Origin: Dehalococcoidia bacterium
Lineage (GTDB): Bacteria > Chloroflexota > Dehalococcoidia > SHYB01
DNA length: 64,000 bases
Assembly (NCBI GenBank): GCA_034421515.1
Contig: DAOUKH010000003.1
Coordinates: 29,691 to 93,690, forward strand
Reading direction: 5' to 3'
Part shown: one piece after another, positions 1 through 8,909 of the stretch
How positions within the stretch are numbered: the first letter of the stretch is position 1
How the letters are laid out: every line of letters begins with the position of its first letter
Made by a program: the position numbers and the translations under genes
The notes under the pieces: generated by a model
The model's database searches: none
The model's input: the letters and a program-made list of their open reading frames with translations, nothing else
Told to the model about the DNA's origin: nothing

Positions 1-173
1 TGTCGCCCTCTCGTTCGTCGTAGTCATAGGAGAGCTTGTAGGTGAGGCCGCTGCAGCCGCCGCCCTGGACCGCGACGCGGAGCGCGGCGCCGGGCTTGCC
101 GTCGGCCCCGGCGAGCTTGGCCACCTGGACGGCCGCCTTCTCGGTGATCGTTATTGTGGGCGCTGGTTTCGTG
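1..173 (-). CDS. Fe-S cluster insertion protein, IscA/ErpA/HesB (A-type carrier) family; 5' part only, continues past the window start
   Basis: Minus-strand translation from ATG at 173: MQAPTKPAPTITITEKAAVQVAKLAGADGKPGAALRVAVQGGGCSGLTYKLSYDYDEREGD. It carries the G-G-G-C-S-G motif typical of IscA/SufA/ErpA; the Cys codon is TGC, not TGA. Confidence 0.7.
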
Positions 174-324
174 GGCGCTTGCATCTCAGTATCCGTCCCT
201 TACTTCCATAGGATGCGGCAAGGGGCCGCACAAATCAAGCTCTCTGCCGGCCGGGAGCAGTATGCGCGTTCGCAATATGCGCGAGGCGCGCGAGCCCCGT
301 ATCGAACGGCGGTGACTCGTCCGT

Positions 325-735
325 CTATTCCACCTTGCCCGCCTTCCAGAGACAGGCGCCGGCGGTGGCGAGGACGAGGGGGTTGAGGAAGGAAACGAGC
401 ATCCAGCCGACGTTCTGCGCGTCGGACTGCGTGTCGCCCATGAGGAGGGAGAACCAGAGCGGGAAGAAGATGATCGCGAGGGCCAGCGAGGCGTAGCAGC
501 CGACCTTGGCGGTCAGGCGGCGGACGGGGTCGGCATCGTCGGCGGTCATGCGTTTATGGGCACAGGCAACGGCGATGGCGACGAGGATGCCCGCGCCGGT
601 GATGTAGTTGAAGACGTCCCAAATCTCCTGCGGGTCGAGGGCGTCCACGTAGAAGCGGCTGAAGAGGACCTGCGCCGTGTAGAGGACGGCGTAGACGAAT
701 AGAAGGCCGCCAAGCGTTCGTTTGAGGCGGTACAT
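325..735 (-). CDS. hypothetical small membrane protein
   Basis: 136-aa ORF with about four hydrophobic helices; no recognisable family. Confidence 0.4.
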   Translation of the reverse strand: MYRLKRTLGGLLFVYAVLYTAQVLFSRFYVDALDPQEIWDVFNYITGAGILVAIAVACAHKRMTADDADPVRRLTAKVGCYASLALAIIFFPLWFSLLMGDTQSDAQNVGWMLVSFLNPLVLATAGACLWKAGKVE

Positions 736-818
736 CGCTTCATCCTCCTTCGTGGGCTCACAGCACCCTTGGGCGAGATTGAGTTTCGCGGGAGGCTTTT
801 GCTATGCTTACCTTTTCC

Positions 819-893
819 GGCGACGTAGCCAAGTGGTAAGGCGGAGGTCTGCAAAACCTCTATACACCGGTTCGATTCCGGTCGTCGCCTCCA
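819..893 (+). tRNA. tRNA-Cys (GCA)
   Basis: Cloverleaf GGCGACG...CGTCGCC-T-CCA; anticodon loop cuGCAaa; T-loop GGTTCGATTCC. Confidence 0.85.
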
Positions 894-959
894 AGACCCC
901 GCTTCCGCGCCAATGGCGGCGCGCGCAGGACTCGTGTTCCCGCCCCCGTTTGACCTCGG

Positions 960-1553
960 CTAGAACCGCCACCAGTCGAACCACTTGCCCAGGGGCATCT
1001 CCAAGAGCACGATGTCCCTGGGGTGACCCTGAAGGTCCTTGGCGTGGCCGGGGAGTGAGCCGACCCGAACGAATCCGACATACTCCGCAGCCTTAATGGC
1101 GTCGTCCTCATGATCGGAGACGGCCTCGAGGAGCAGGCGCTCGAGGCCGTGCTCGTTGGCGATGGTGGCGAGCTCGTTGAGCAAGGTGGTGCCGAGCCCG
1201 CGGTTCCGGTAGTCGTCGGCCACGGCGATCCTGATCTGCCCGATGTGGCGGCGGGCGTTGGCGCGGGACCGGTGCAGGGTGCCGTCGGCGACGATGGTGT
1301 CGCCGTCGAGAGCGATGATGGGCAGCGCGCGGTCGTAGTCCATGTCGTCGACCCAGCGCTGAATCACGACGGGCGAGGCCACGTCCTCTTTAAGGAAGAA
1401 CCGGTCCTTGGGAGAGAGCTCCTGAAAGAAGGCGAGCAGGGCGCCGGCGTCGTCCGGCTGCATGGGGCGCAGGACGATCGACGTGCCGTCCCGGAGTCCC
1501 ACCGTCTTGGGGTATGCGCTCAGGGTGTAGGTATGGGGCTTCTGTCCCGCCAT
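960..1553 (-). CDS. GNAT family N-acetyltransferase
   Basis: 197 aa; acetyl-CoA binding motif ...RNRGLGTTLL... and GNAT fold pattern. Confidence 0.75.
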   Translation of the reverse strand: MAGQKPHTYTLSAYPKTVGLRDGTSIVLRPMQPDDAGALLAFFQELSPKDRFFLKEDVASPVVIQRWVDDMDYDRALPIIALDGDTIVADGTLHRSRANARRHIGQIRIAVADDYRNRGLGTTLLNELATIANEHGLERLLLEAVSDHEDDAIKAAEYVGFVRVGSLPGHAKDLQGHPRDIVLLEMPLGKWFDWWRF

Positions 1554-1674
1554 GGCATCCTCGTCTCGTCGTCGTTGCCCGCCGCCGGGCCCGCATCACG
1601 GTACATCGGAGACGCTCCGAGGCGCAACCGCCGCTTGGGCCCGGCACACGTCCGGTGCTAGGGTTGGCGCGGCT

Positions 1675-2967
1675 ATGAGCACGGATACCGCAAGGGAGCC
1701 TGGCGACGTGCGCGGCGGCCCACCGCAACCGCGCAGATTCTTCTACGGCTGGGTGATCCTGGGCGCGGGGACCATCGCCCACGGGTTGAACGCCGCCTTC
1801 GGGATGCTTGGGCTGGGTGTCTTCTTCCTCCCCGTCCAAGAGACGTTCGGCGTTTCCAAGACAGCCCTCTCCGGCGCCTTCTCCCTCGCGCGGCTCGAGA
1901 GCGCCCTCCTCGGCCCGGTCCAGGGCTTCCTTGTAGACCGGTTCGGGGCGCGCCGGATCATGTTCGTTGGCGTGGGAATGCTGGGCGCCGGCTTCATGCT
2001 CCTCGGCGCGGCGCCCAACATCGTCTGGTTCTACGTCATCTTCGTCGGATTCATCGCCATCGGGCTGAACGTCGGGCTGGGCTCGCCCGTCTTCGCCACG
2101 GTGGTCAACTGGTTCGTGCGCCGGCGGACAAAGGCGCTGGCCCTCGTGCTTTCGGGGACGGCCCTCGCCACCCTCATCGTGCCCGGCATCGAGTGGTCCA
2201 TTGGGGAATACGGCTGGGAGCGGACCGCTCTCTATTCCGGGCTCTTCATCTGGGCCGTTGGATTCCCCATTGCCGCGCTCATGCGGTTCCGGCCCGAACC
2301 CTACGGCTATCACCCCGACGGCCTGCCTCCGGAAGAGACGCGGCCGACGACGACGGGCTTTCGGACCAGTCTCGACGGCTTCACCGTCCGCGCGGCGCTG
2401 CGCAGCCCGGCGTTCTGGCTCATCAACGGCTGCTTCGCGCTGCGGATGGCGAGCACGTCGGCGGTGCCGGTCCATCTCGTCGTCTTCCTAGTGGAAGACC
2501 TTGAGTTCAGTACGGAGCGGGGAGCGGTCTACCTCGGGCTCATTGGACTGCTCGGCCTCGGGGGCCGGTTCGCTTTCGGGATGCTTGGGGATATCGCACC
2601 CAAGCGTTTTGTGCTCTCGGCGGCGCTCCTCGTCCAGGCAGCCAGCCTCGCCGTGCTCGCCGCCGCCGACGGAAACGCGCTCGTGGTAGTGGCGTTGGTC
2701 CTCTTCGCCACGGGGCACGCCGGCGGCGGTCCGACCTACCTGGCGATCCAAGGCGAATACTTCGGCACGCGCAACTACGCCACCATCTCGGGCTTCGGGT
2801 CGACGGTGATCCTCGTCGGCGGCGTCAGCGGCCCGCTCATCGCGGGCGCGCTCGCCGACGGTTTCGACGACGGGTACCGCTACGCCTGGGCGGGGCTCGC
2901 GGTCGCGGCCCTCGTCGCAGGGGTCATCCTCGCCTTCGTCCGCGCGCCCAGACGGACGAGAGGGTGA
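1675..2967 (+). CDS. MFS transporter (oxalate/formate antiporter-like)
   Basis: About 12 TM helices and a G-rich MFS signature (GFLVDRFGARR); start placed at the internal ATG MSTDT rather than the upstream Arg-rich extension of ORF 1552. Confidence 0.75.
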   Translation: MSTDTAREPGDVRGGPPQPRRFFYGWVILGAGTIAHGLNAAFGMLGLGVFFLPVQETFGVSKTALSGAFSLARLESALLGPVQGFLVDRFGARRIMFVGVGMLGAGFMLLGAAPNIVWFYVIFVGFIAIGLNVGLGSPVFATVVNWFVRRRTKALALVLSGTALATLIVPGIEWSIGEYGWERTALYSGLFIWAVGFPIAALMRFRPEPYGYHPDGLPPEETRPTTTGFRTSLDGFTVRAALRSPAFWLINGCFALRMASTSAVPVHLVVFLVEDLEFSTERGAVYLGLIGLLGLGGRFAFGMLGDIAPKRFVLSAALLVQAASLAVLAAADGNALVVVALVLFATGHAGGGPTYLAIQGEYFGTRNYATISGFGSTVILVGGVSGPLIAGALADGFDDGYRYAWAGLAVAALVAGVILAFVRAPRRTRG

Positions 2968-2989
2968 GCGGACCTGCGGCTAGCCGCCC

Positions 2990-4684
2990 CTACCCCGCCG
3001 CCGACTCGACGCGGCGGGAGACGGGGGCGCCTTGCTCGTGGTTGTTCACGAAGCCGCGCGACTGGTTCTTTTCGGGGTCGCCGGCGAGCATGAGGCCGAT
3101 CCACTCCGGCTTGGAGAAGACGGGGACGAGCCGGTCGGGGTCGGCCGACTCGACGTAGGCGGGCGGCGCGGACCCCGACGCAGCGAGCGCGGGCAGGTCG
3201 AAGTCGTAGGTCGAGGCGCGGCGGGCGTACTCCTGCAGCCGCCGCGCGGGTATCTTCGACCGCTCGTAGAGGAACGCGCGCACGTCGTCCTTGGACATGC
3301 CGTCGCGCGCGATCACCGACGCCGTCGCCGGGCTCATCGCAAGCAGCGGACACCAGCGCCCAAAGATGGCGGCGTTGAACGACCAGTACTCGTTCTCCAT
3401 CCCGAAGACGTCGGCGAGCATGCCCAACAGGTCTTCGGCGCGGTCGCCGATCGTGTAGATCGGGGGGCTGATGCTGACCACGCTCTGCACGGTGACGACG
3501 CTCTCATTGGGCGCGAAGCCCCGGTCCATGGCAAACGTGGGCCAGCCGATCTCGCGAGCGGCGGGCTCGTTCTCCGCGATGGCCATGTTGAACGTCGCGC
3601 CGAAGGCCGCCTTGTCGCCGCTGCCCGGCGGCGTGCGCAGTCCGGCGACGTTGCGCATGTAGAGGCGGACGAAGCGCCCCACGCTGCTATTGGCGCGGTT
3701 GCCGACGCGCAGGACGCCCGCGCCGGAGGCGAAACCGAGGCGTTCGATCACCGGGCCGCCGACGATGACCAGCGGCTCCCACCCCGGCGTGCTGCCCGCA
3801 TCCTCGAGGCGGAACTCGGGGTCGGCGATGGCCTTGACCGCCGCGACGAGCACCGGCATGTACTCGGGGCGGCATCCCGCCATCACGCCGTTGACGGCGA
3901 CGCTCCACACCGTGGCGAGCCGGTTGTCGGGCGGCAGCGTGCCGAGCGGTTCGTCGGCGTCGCGCGGCGTGCGGCGGAGGAACTCCTCGACCCGGTCAAC
4001 CGTCGGCGGGACGATGGGGAGCCCGTCGGTCCAGAGGAGGGAGTCAAAGCGTTCCTGCACCGCGTCGAGCGGGCCGTGAAAGACGATGTCGCGCGGCGCG
4101 GGTTCGGACTCCTCGCCTGCCAGACCCAGCGGCTTCGAAAAGGCCTCGGTCAAATCATCGGCGAGCGCGAGCACCTTGCCGCGGAACGCCTCCGGCGAGT
4201 CAGTAGCGATGACGCCGGGGTACTCGACGTGCGGCAGCGCTTCGACGCCCAGACCGCGGGCCACGGCGGCGGCTTGGCCCTTGAACGCCGTGGCAAGGAC
4301 GGAGACCGAGGGCACGCCGGCGCGCTCCGCTTCGACGCTGGCCCGCACCACGGCGGGGGTGCAGCTCCCTCAGGAGCCGACCGCCGCGACGACGGCATCC
4401 ACCCCCAGTTCGCGGAGCGCGTCGGGGATGCCCGCCATCACCTCGCGCTCGTCGGCGCCGTGGATGTTGCCAAAGGTGTCCCAGTCGACGAAGCGCGCGC
4501 CCGGCGCCCGCTCGGCGAGGACTTCCTTCATCAGCTCGAACATGCGGTCGCCCTTGAACAGGCCGTTCCACAGGAAGCCGATGGTCTTGCCGTTCAGGCC
4601 GTTCGGCCGGGGCGCGGGACGCAGCGCGCGGCGCGCCCGGGGCGCCAGCGGCCAGACGACCTCGTACGCCGGTTCGTTCGGCAT
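2990..4684 (-). CDS. UGSC-family selenoprotein fused to a conserved partner domain; in-frame UGA (Sec) at 4370-4372
   Basis: ORFs 4370..4684 and 2990..4351 share one frame and are separated only by TGA. Read-through gives ...AVVAAVGS-U-GSCTPAVV..., the U-G-S-C motif. A hairpin follows the UGA. The C-terminal ~400 aa matches paralogs at 59070-60152 and 62675-63718 (DGLPIVPPT, AVNGVMAGC). Confidence 0.7.
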
Positions 4685-4691
4685 GACCGCG

Positions 4692-5507
4692 CTAGGGAAG
4701 GTTCGTCCAGGCGCCCGCTTCCGAGCGGACCCAGCCGCTGCTGGCGAAGGTTCCGCCGTCGACGCTCAGGGTGACTCCCGTGATGTACGACGCCATCTCC
4801 GACGCGAGGAAGACGCAGGCCCCCGCCACCTCGTCGACGGTCCCCTGCCGCCGCATGGGGACGCCCCGGTAACGGTCGGAGCCGGGCTCGGCGTGGGCCC
4901 CGAACGCGGCCGTGTGCGGCGTGTCGACAACGTCGGGGGCGATGGCGTTGACACGGATGCCGTGATCGGCGAGCTCGAGCGCCAGCGTCCGGGTGAAGTT
5001 GATCATCCCCGCCTTGCACGCCGCGTAGACGGAGAAGTTCGGCGCGGCGCGAATCCCCTCGATGCTCGTGATGTTGATGATCGACCCCTTGCGGCCGTCC
5101 TTCATCATCGCCTGCACCGCCTGCTCGGTGGGGCCGAACAGCCCGTTGAAGTTCAGGTCGATGTGCTTCTTCCACGCCGGCGGGCCGCCCAATTCCATGA
5201 ACTGCGCGTAGCGCGTGCCGCCCGCGTTGTTGACCAGGATGTCGACGCCGCCGAGCTCGCTCACCGTGCGCTCCACCAGCGAGGTCACCTGGTCGTAGTC
5301 GCGGATGTCGGTGGTGATGGCGACGCCCTTGCGCCCGAGGCCGCAGACCTGCTCGGCGACGGCGTCGCCGCGCTCGGCGATCTTGTCGGCGATCACCACG
5401 TCGGCGCCGAACTTGGCGAAGGTCAGGGCGATGCCCTTGCCGATGCCGTCGCCGCCCCCGGTGACGATCGCGACCTTGTCGGTCAACAGAATGCTCGATG
5501 GGTCCAT
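4692..5507 (-). CDS. SDR family oxidoreductase
   Basis: TGGGDGIGKG Rossmann motif and catalytic S...YxxxK (YAACKAG); stop lies 8 nt upstream of the UGSC gene start, suggesting an operon. Confidence 0.8.
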   Translation of the reverse strand: MDPSSILLTDKVAIVTGGGDGIGKGIALTFAKFGADVVIADKIAERGDAVAEQVCGLGRKGVAITTDIRDYDQVTSLVERTVSELGGVDILVNNAGGTRYAQFMELGGPPAWKKHIDLNFNGLFGPTEQAVQAMMKDGRKGSIINITSIEGIRAAPNFSVYAACKAGMINFTRTLALELADHGIRVNAIAPDVVDTPHTAAFGAHAEPGSDRYRGVPMRRQGTVDEVAGACVFLASEMASYITGVTLSVDGGTFASSGWVRSEAGAWTNLP

Positions 5508-5552
5508 GCCGCGCCTCCTCAGCCGCTTCCGGCTCCGCGCATAATACCGGAC

Positions 5553-6102
5553 ATGGGCGTGGCGATGCGCATAGAGACCGAACGCCTGGTCTTGCGCGAC
5601 TACAGAGAGGACGATTGGCGGGCCGTCCTCGAATACCAACGCGACCCTCGATGTCTGCGCTTCTATCCATGGGACCGACGGAGCGAACAGGACGCGCGCG
5701 ACTTCGTTGGGCTGTTCATGGAGTGGCGCAAATGAACAGCCTCGCCGCCGCTTTCAACTCGCCATCACACTGCGGGGCGCCGACCTGGCGGTAGGCAGTT
5801 GCGGCCTGCGCCGCAAGCCGGGCGAAGCCGGGGAAGCCGACATCGGGTACGAGGTCGCGCCGCGGCTCTGGGGCCAGGGCTATGCCACGGAGGCGGCGCG
5901 GGCGATGGTGGACTTCGGCTTCCGCACGCTTGGTCTCTACCGGCTCTCGTCTTGGTGCATCGCCGAGAACACGGCGTCGGCGCGCGTGCTGGAAAAGGCC
6001 GGCTTCAAGCTCGAAGGCAGACTGCGGGAAAACGAGTGCTTCAAGGGGCGCCGCTGGGACACGCTCCTCTACGGTCTGCTGAAAGAGGAGTGGGAACGCT
6101 GA
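5553..6102 (+). pseudogene. GNAT (RimJ/RimL-like) N-acetyltransferase interrupted by a +1 frameshift near 5729-5733
   Basis: N-terminal part MGVAMRIETERLVLRDY...FMEWRK* is in frame 0; the C-terminal GNAT core (...FQLAITLRGADLAVGSCGL...WGQGYATEAARAMVDFGF...) is in frame +1. Removing one A from the AAA run at 5729-5731 joins them. Confidence 0.6.
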
Positions 6103-6152
6103 GCGCCACCCTTCCCCCCGACACCTCGCCAATGCTATAGTGACTTTTTCAG

Positions 6153-6243
6153 GGAGGGATCGCATAGTCTGGCCTAGTGCACCCGCCTGCTAAGCGGGAG
6201 GGGTTCGCGCCCCACATGGGTTCAAATCCCATTCCCTCCGCCA
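6153..6243 (+). tRNA. tRNA-Ser (GCU)
   Basis: Acceptor GGAGGGA/TCCCTCC; anticodon loop cuGCUaa; long variable arm; 3' G-CCA. Confidence 0.85.
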
Positions 6244-6337
6244 GTAGCTGAACCTCGACGGTTCCCGAAGAAAGGATTGCGGCACAGGGGGACTCTTGTA
6301 CCCTGAAACAGGGCCGACTTTGTGACATGGATCACAA

Positions 6338-7651
6338 ATGACGACGTATCACATCTGGACCATAGGCTGTCAGATGAACGTGGCCGACTCCGAACGGCTG
6401 GCGAACGCCTTCGACCGCCTCGGCTGCGAGCCGGAGCCGGTCATGGAGCGCGCCGACGTCATCGTGCTCAATAGCTGCGTGGTGCGGCAGGGCGCCGAAG
6501 ACAAGGCCGCCGGCCGCCTCGGATCGCTCCGTGGCCTGAAGCGGGAGCACCCCGGCAAGCTGATCGGGCTCATGGGGTGCATGGTCGGCCCCGACACCCG
6601 CGACCTCGAACGCCGCTTCCCCCACGTCGACTGCTTCATGCGGCCGCAGGAGTTCGGGCCCATCGTCCGGCTCGTCGAGGCCCAGGACGGGACGTGCCTC
6701 GACACCTCGGCTCCACTCATCCCCAGCGCACCGTCCGTCGCCACCTTCATCCCGATCATCCACGGCTGCGACAAGTTCTGCACCTTCTGCATCATCCCCT
6801 ACCGCCGGGGACGGGAGCGCAGCCGCCCCATCGACGAGCTCGTCCAGGAAGCCGAGATGCTGACGGCGCGCGGCGTCAAGGAAGTCACCCTCCTCGGCCA
6901 GAACGTCGACTCTTACGGCCACGACCTCCCCGGCGCGCCCGACCTCGCCGACCTGCTCGAAGCGGTCAACGAGGTCCGCGGCCTGAAGCGCATCCGCTTC
7001 CTCACCTCGCACCCCAACGACATGAGCGACCGCATCATCGACGCCGTCGCGGGCCTGGAGAAGGTCTGCGAGTTCATCAACCTGCCGGTGCAAGCGGGGG
7101 ACGACGCCGTGCTCGAAGCGATGCGGCGCGGCTACACCCGCGAGCAGTATTTCGAGAAGGTCGACCGCATCCGCGAGGTCATGCCCGACGCGGGGCTGAC
7201 CACGGACATCATCGTCGGCTTCCCCGGTGAGACCGAGGTCCAGTTCGAGCAGACCGTCGACCTCGTCCGCCGGGTCCGGTTCGACAAGGTGCACATCGCC
7301 TCCTACTCGGTGCGGCCGGGCACGATCGCTTCCAGGAAGCAGCCCGACGACGTGCCGGCGGAGGAGAAGAAGCGCCGCAACGCCGCCCTGGAGGCGGTGC
7401 AGAACGAGATCGGTCACGAGATCAACAAGGGCTACGTCGGGCGCGAGGAGGAGGTCCTCATCGAGGACTCCAAGGACGGCCGGTGGCATGGCCGGACTCG
7501 CTCGAACAAGCTGGTGTACGTGGACGGCGGCGAGCGCTACCACGGCGAGCTGGTCGACGTGACCATCCGCGAGGCGTCGCCGTTCTCCCTGACCGGCAGC
7601 GCGCCGCGGCGACGGAGCCTGCGCTTGGAGATGGCAGGCGCCGCAAACTAA
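6338..7651 (+). CDS. miaB: tRNA-2-methylthio-N6-dimethylallyladenosine synthase (radical SAM methylthiotransferase)
   Basis: N-terminal MTTase Cys triad, radical SAM CxxxCxxC (CDKFCTFC), TRAM domain at the C-terminus. Confidence 0.9.
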   Translation: MTTYHIWTIGCQMNVADSERLANAFDRLGCEPEPVMERADVIVLNSCVVRQGAEDKAAGRLGSLRGLKREHPGKLIGLMGCMVGPDTRDLERRFPHVDCFMRPQEFGPIVRLVEAQDGTCLDTSAPLIPSAPSVATFIPIIHGCDKFCTFCIIPYRRGRERSRPIDELVQEAEMLTARGVKEVTLLGQNVDSYGHDLPGAPDLADLLEAVNEVRGLKRIRFLTSHPNDMSDRIIDAVAGLEKVCEFINLPVQAGDDAVLEAMRRGYTREQYFEKVDRIREVMPDAGLTTDIIVGFPGETEVQFEQTVDLVRRVRFDKVHIASYSVRPGTIASRKQPDDVPAEEKKRRNAALEAVQNEIGHEINKGYVGREEEVLIEDSKDGRWHGRTRSNKLVYVDGGERYHGELVDVTIREASPFSLTGSAPRRRSLRLEMAGAAN

Positions 7652-7696
7652 CGCAAGACAACGCGAGGCGAAGAGAAGAAAGGGGTCGGTGGCACG

Positions 7697-8887
7697 ATGA
7701 CCCTCGAAGTGGTGCAGGAGAAGCTCACCGTCGGGAAGGGCTGCGACGCGGACCGCTCGCTGCAAGACCTGCTCTACCGCACGGAGCTTTCGACGAAGAC
7801 CGCGTCACGGCTGCCCGGCCGGTATCTCGGCATGCCGGAAGAGGAGATGCACCGGCGCATCGCGGCGGCGCGGGCGGAGCTGGGGTCGCGCCTCGCGATC
7901 CTGGGTCACCACTATCAGCGCGACGAGATCATCCAGTACGCCGACTTCCGCGGCGACTCGTTCAAGCTCGCCCGCAGCGCCGCGGCCCACCCCGAGGCCG
8001 ACTACATCATCTTCTGCGGCGTGCACTTCATGGCCGAGAGCGCCGACGTGCTCAGCGGCCCCCACCAGAAGGTCATCCTCCCCAACCTCTCCGCGGGCTG
8101 CTCGATGGCCGACATGGCCCCCACCGAAGACGTCTTCGCCTGCTGGGACGAGCTGCAGGCCATCGAGGGCGTCGCGGACACCGTCACGCCGGTGACCTAC
8201 ATGAACTCGACGGCGGCGCTGAAGGCCTTCTGCGGCGCGAACGGCGGCGTTGTCTGCACGTCGAGCAACGCCGCCGCCGTGGTCGAGTGGGCGCTGGCGC
8301 AGTCGCCCAAGGTGCTCTTCTTCCCCGACCAGCACCTCGGCCGCAATACGGCGGTCAAGATGGGCTACTCCCCGGACGACACCGTCGTCTGGGACCCCTT
8401 CCAGCCGCTGGGGGGCAACACCGAGGACGCGCTCCGGAAGGCGACGTTCATCCTGTGGCGGGGCCACTGCTCGGTGCACAAGCGCTTCACCGTGGGGCAG
8501 ATCGAAGAGGCCCGCAAGAACTTCCCGGGCGTCAGCGTCATCGTCCACCCCGAGTGCGAGTTGGAGGTAGCCCAGATCGCCGACTACATCGGCTCGACGG
8601 AGCGCATCATCGAGACGGTCGCCGGCGCGCCCGCCGGCACCTCTTGGGCCGTCGGCACCGAGATCAACCTCGTGAACCGCCTCGCCGCCGAGCACCCCGA
8701 CAAGACCATCTTCTGCCTCGACCCGGTCATCTGTCCCTGCTCGACCATGTACCGCATCCACCCCGCCTACCTAGCGTGGGTGATCGAGGCCCTCGCCGAG
8801 GGCGAGGTCGTCAACCAGGTGTCGGTCGACGAAACGGTGACGCACTGGGCCAAGGTCGCGCTGGAGCGCATGCTCGCCACCACCTAG
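7697..8887 (+). CDS. nadA: quinolinate synthase
   Basis: 396 aa; FCGVHFMAE and other NadA signatures; N-terminally extended type. Confidence 0.9.
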   Translation: MTLEVVQEKLTVGKGCDADRSLQDLLYRTELSTKTASRLPGRYLGMPEEEMHRRIAAARAELGSRLAILGHHYQRDEIIQYADFRGDSFKLARSAAAHPEADYIIFCGVHFMAESADVLSGPHQKVILPNLSAGCSMADMAPTEDVFACWDELQAIEGVADTVTPVTYMNSTAALKAFCGANGGVVCTSSNAAAVVEWALAQSPKVLFFPDQHLGRNTAVKMGYSPDDTVVWDPFQPLGGNTEDALRKATFILWRGHCSVHKRFTVGQIEEARKNFPGVSVIVHPECELEVAQIADYIGSTERIIETVAGAPAGTSWAVGTEINLVNRLAAEHPDKTIFCLDPVICPCSTMYRIHPAYLAWVIEALAEGEVVNQVSVDETVTHWAKVALERMLATT

Positions 8888-8909
8888 CAGCCCGCGAGAA
8901 ACACGGCGT

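Noticed and set aside
1-173. Possibility that the IscA/HesB-like gene is the known HesB-like selenoprotein
   Set aside because: The G-G-G-C-S-G motif uses a TGC Cys codon, not TGA, so this is an ordinary Cys-containing A-type carrier.
42-386. 114-aa plus-strand ORF at the window start
   Set aside because: Low-complexity Arg/Pro/Ala composition. It overlaps the IscA-like gene and a membrane-protein gene on the opposite strand, so it is a spurious GC-frame ORF.
4370-4372. TGA codons in the UGSC loci and the M20 gene interpreted as nonsense mutations or pseudogenes
   Set aside because: In all three cases the TGA is the only interruption in otherwise intact, well-conserved reading frames. It falls at a position that is Cys in homologs (the defining U of UGSC; the metal-ligand Cys of M20D), and a hairpin follows it. 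Sec recoding is therefore the more parsimonious reading, though not proven.
6153-6243. Long-variable-arm tRNA considered as tRNA-Sec
   Set aside because: The anticodon is GCU (Ser), not UCA. The acceptor and T-arm geometry is that of a standard class II tRNA-Ser.
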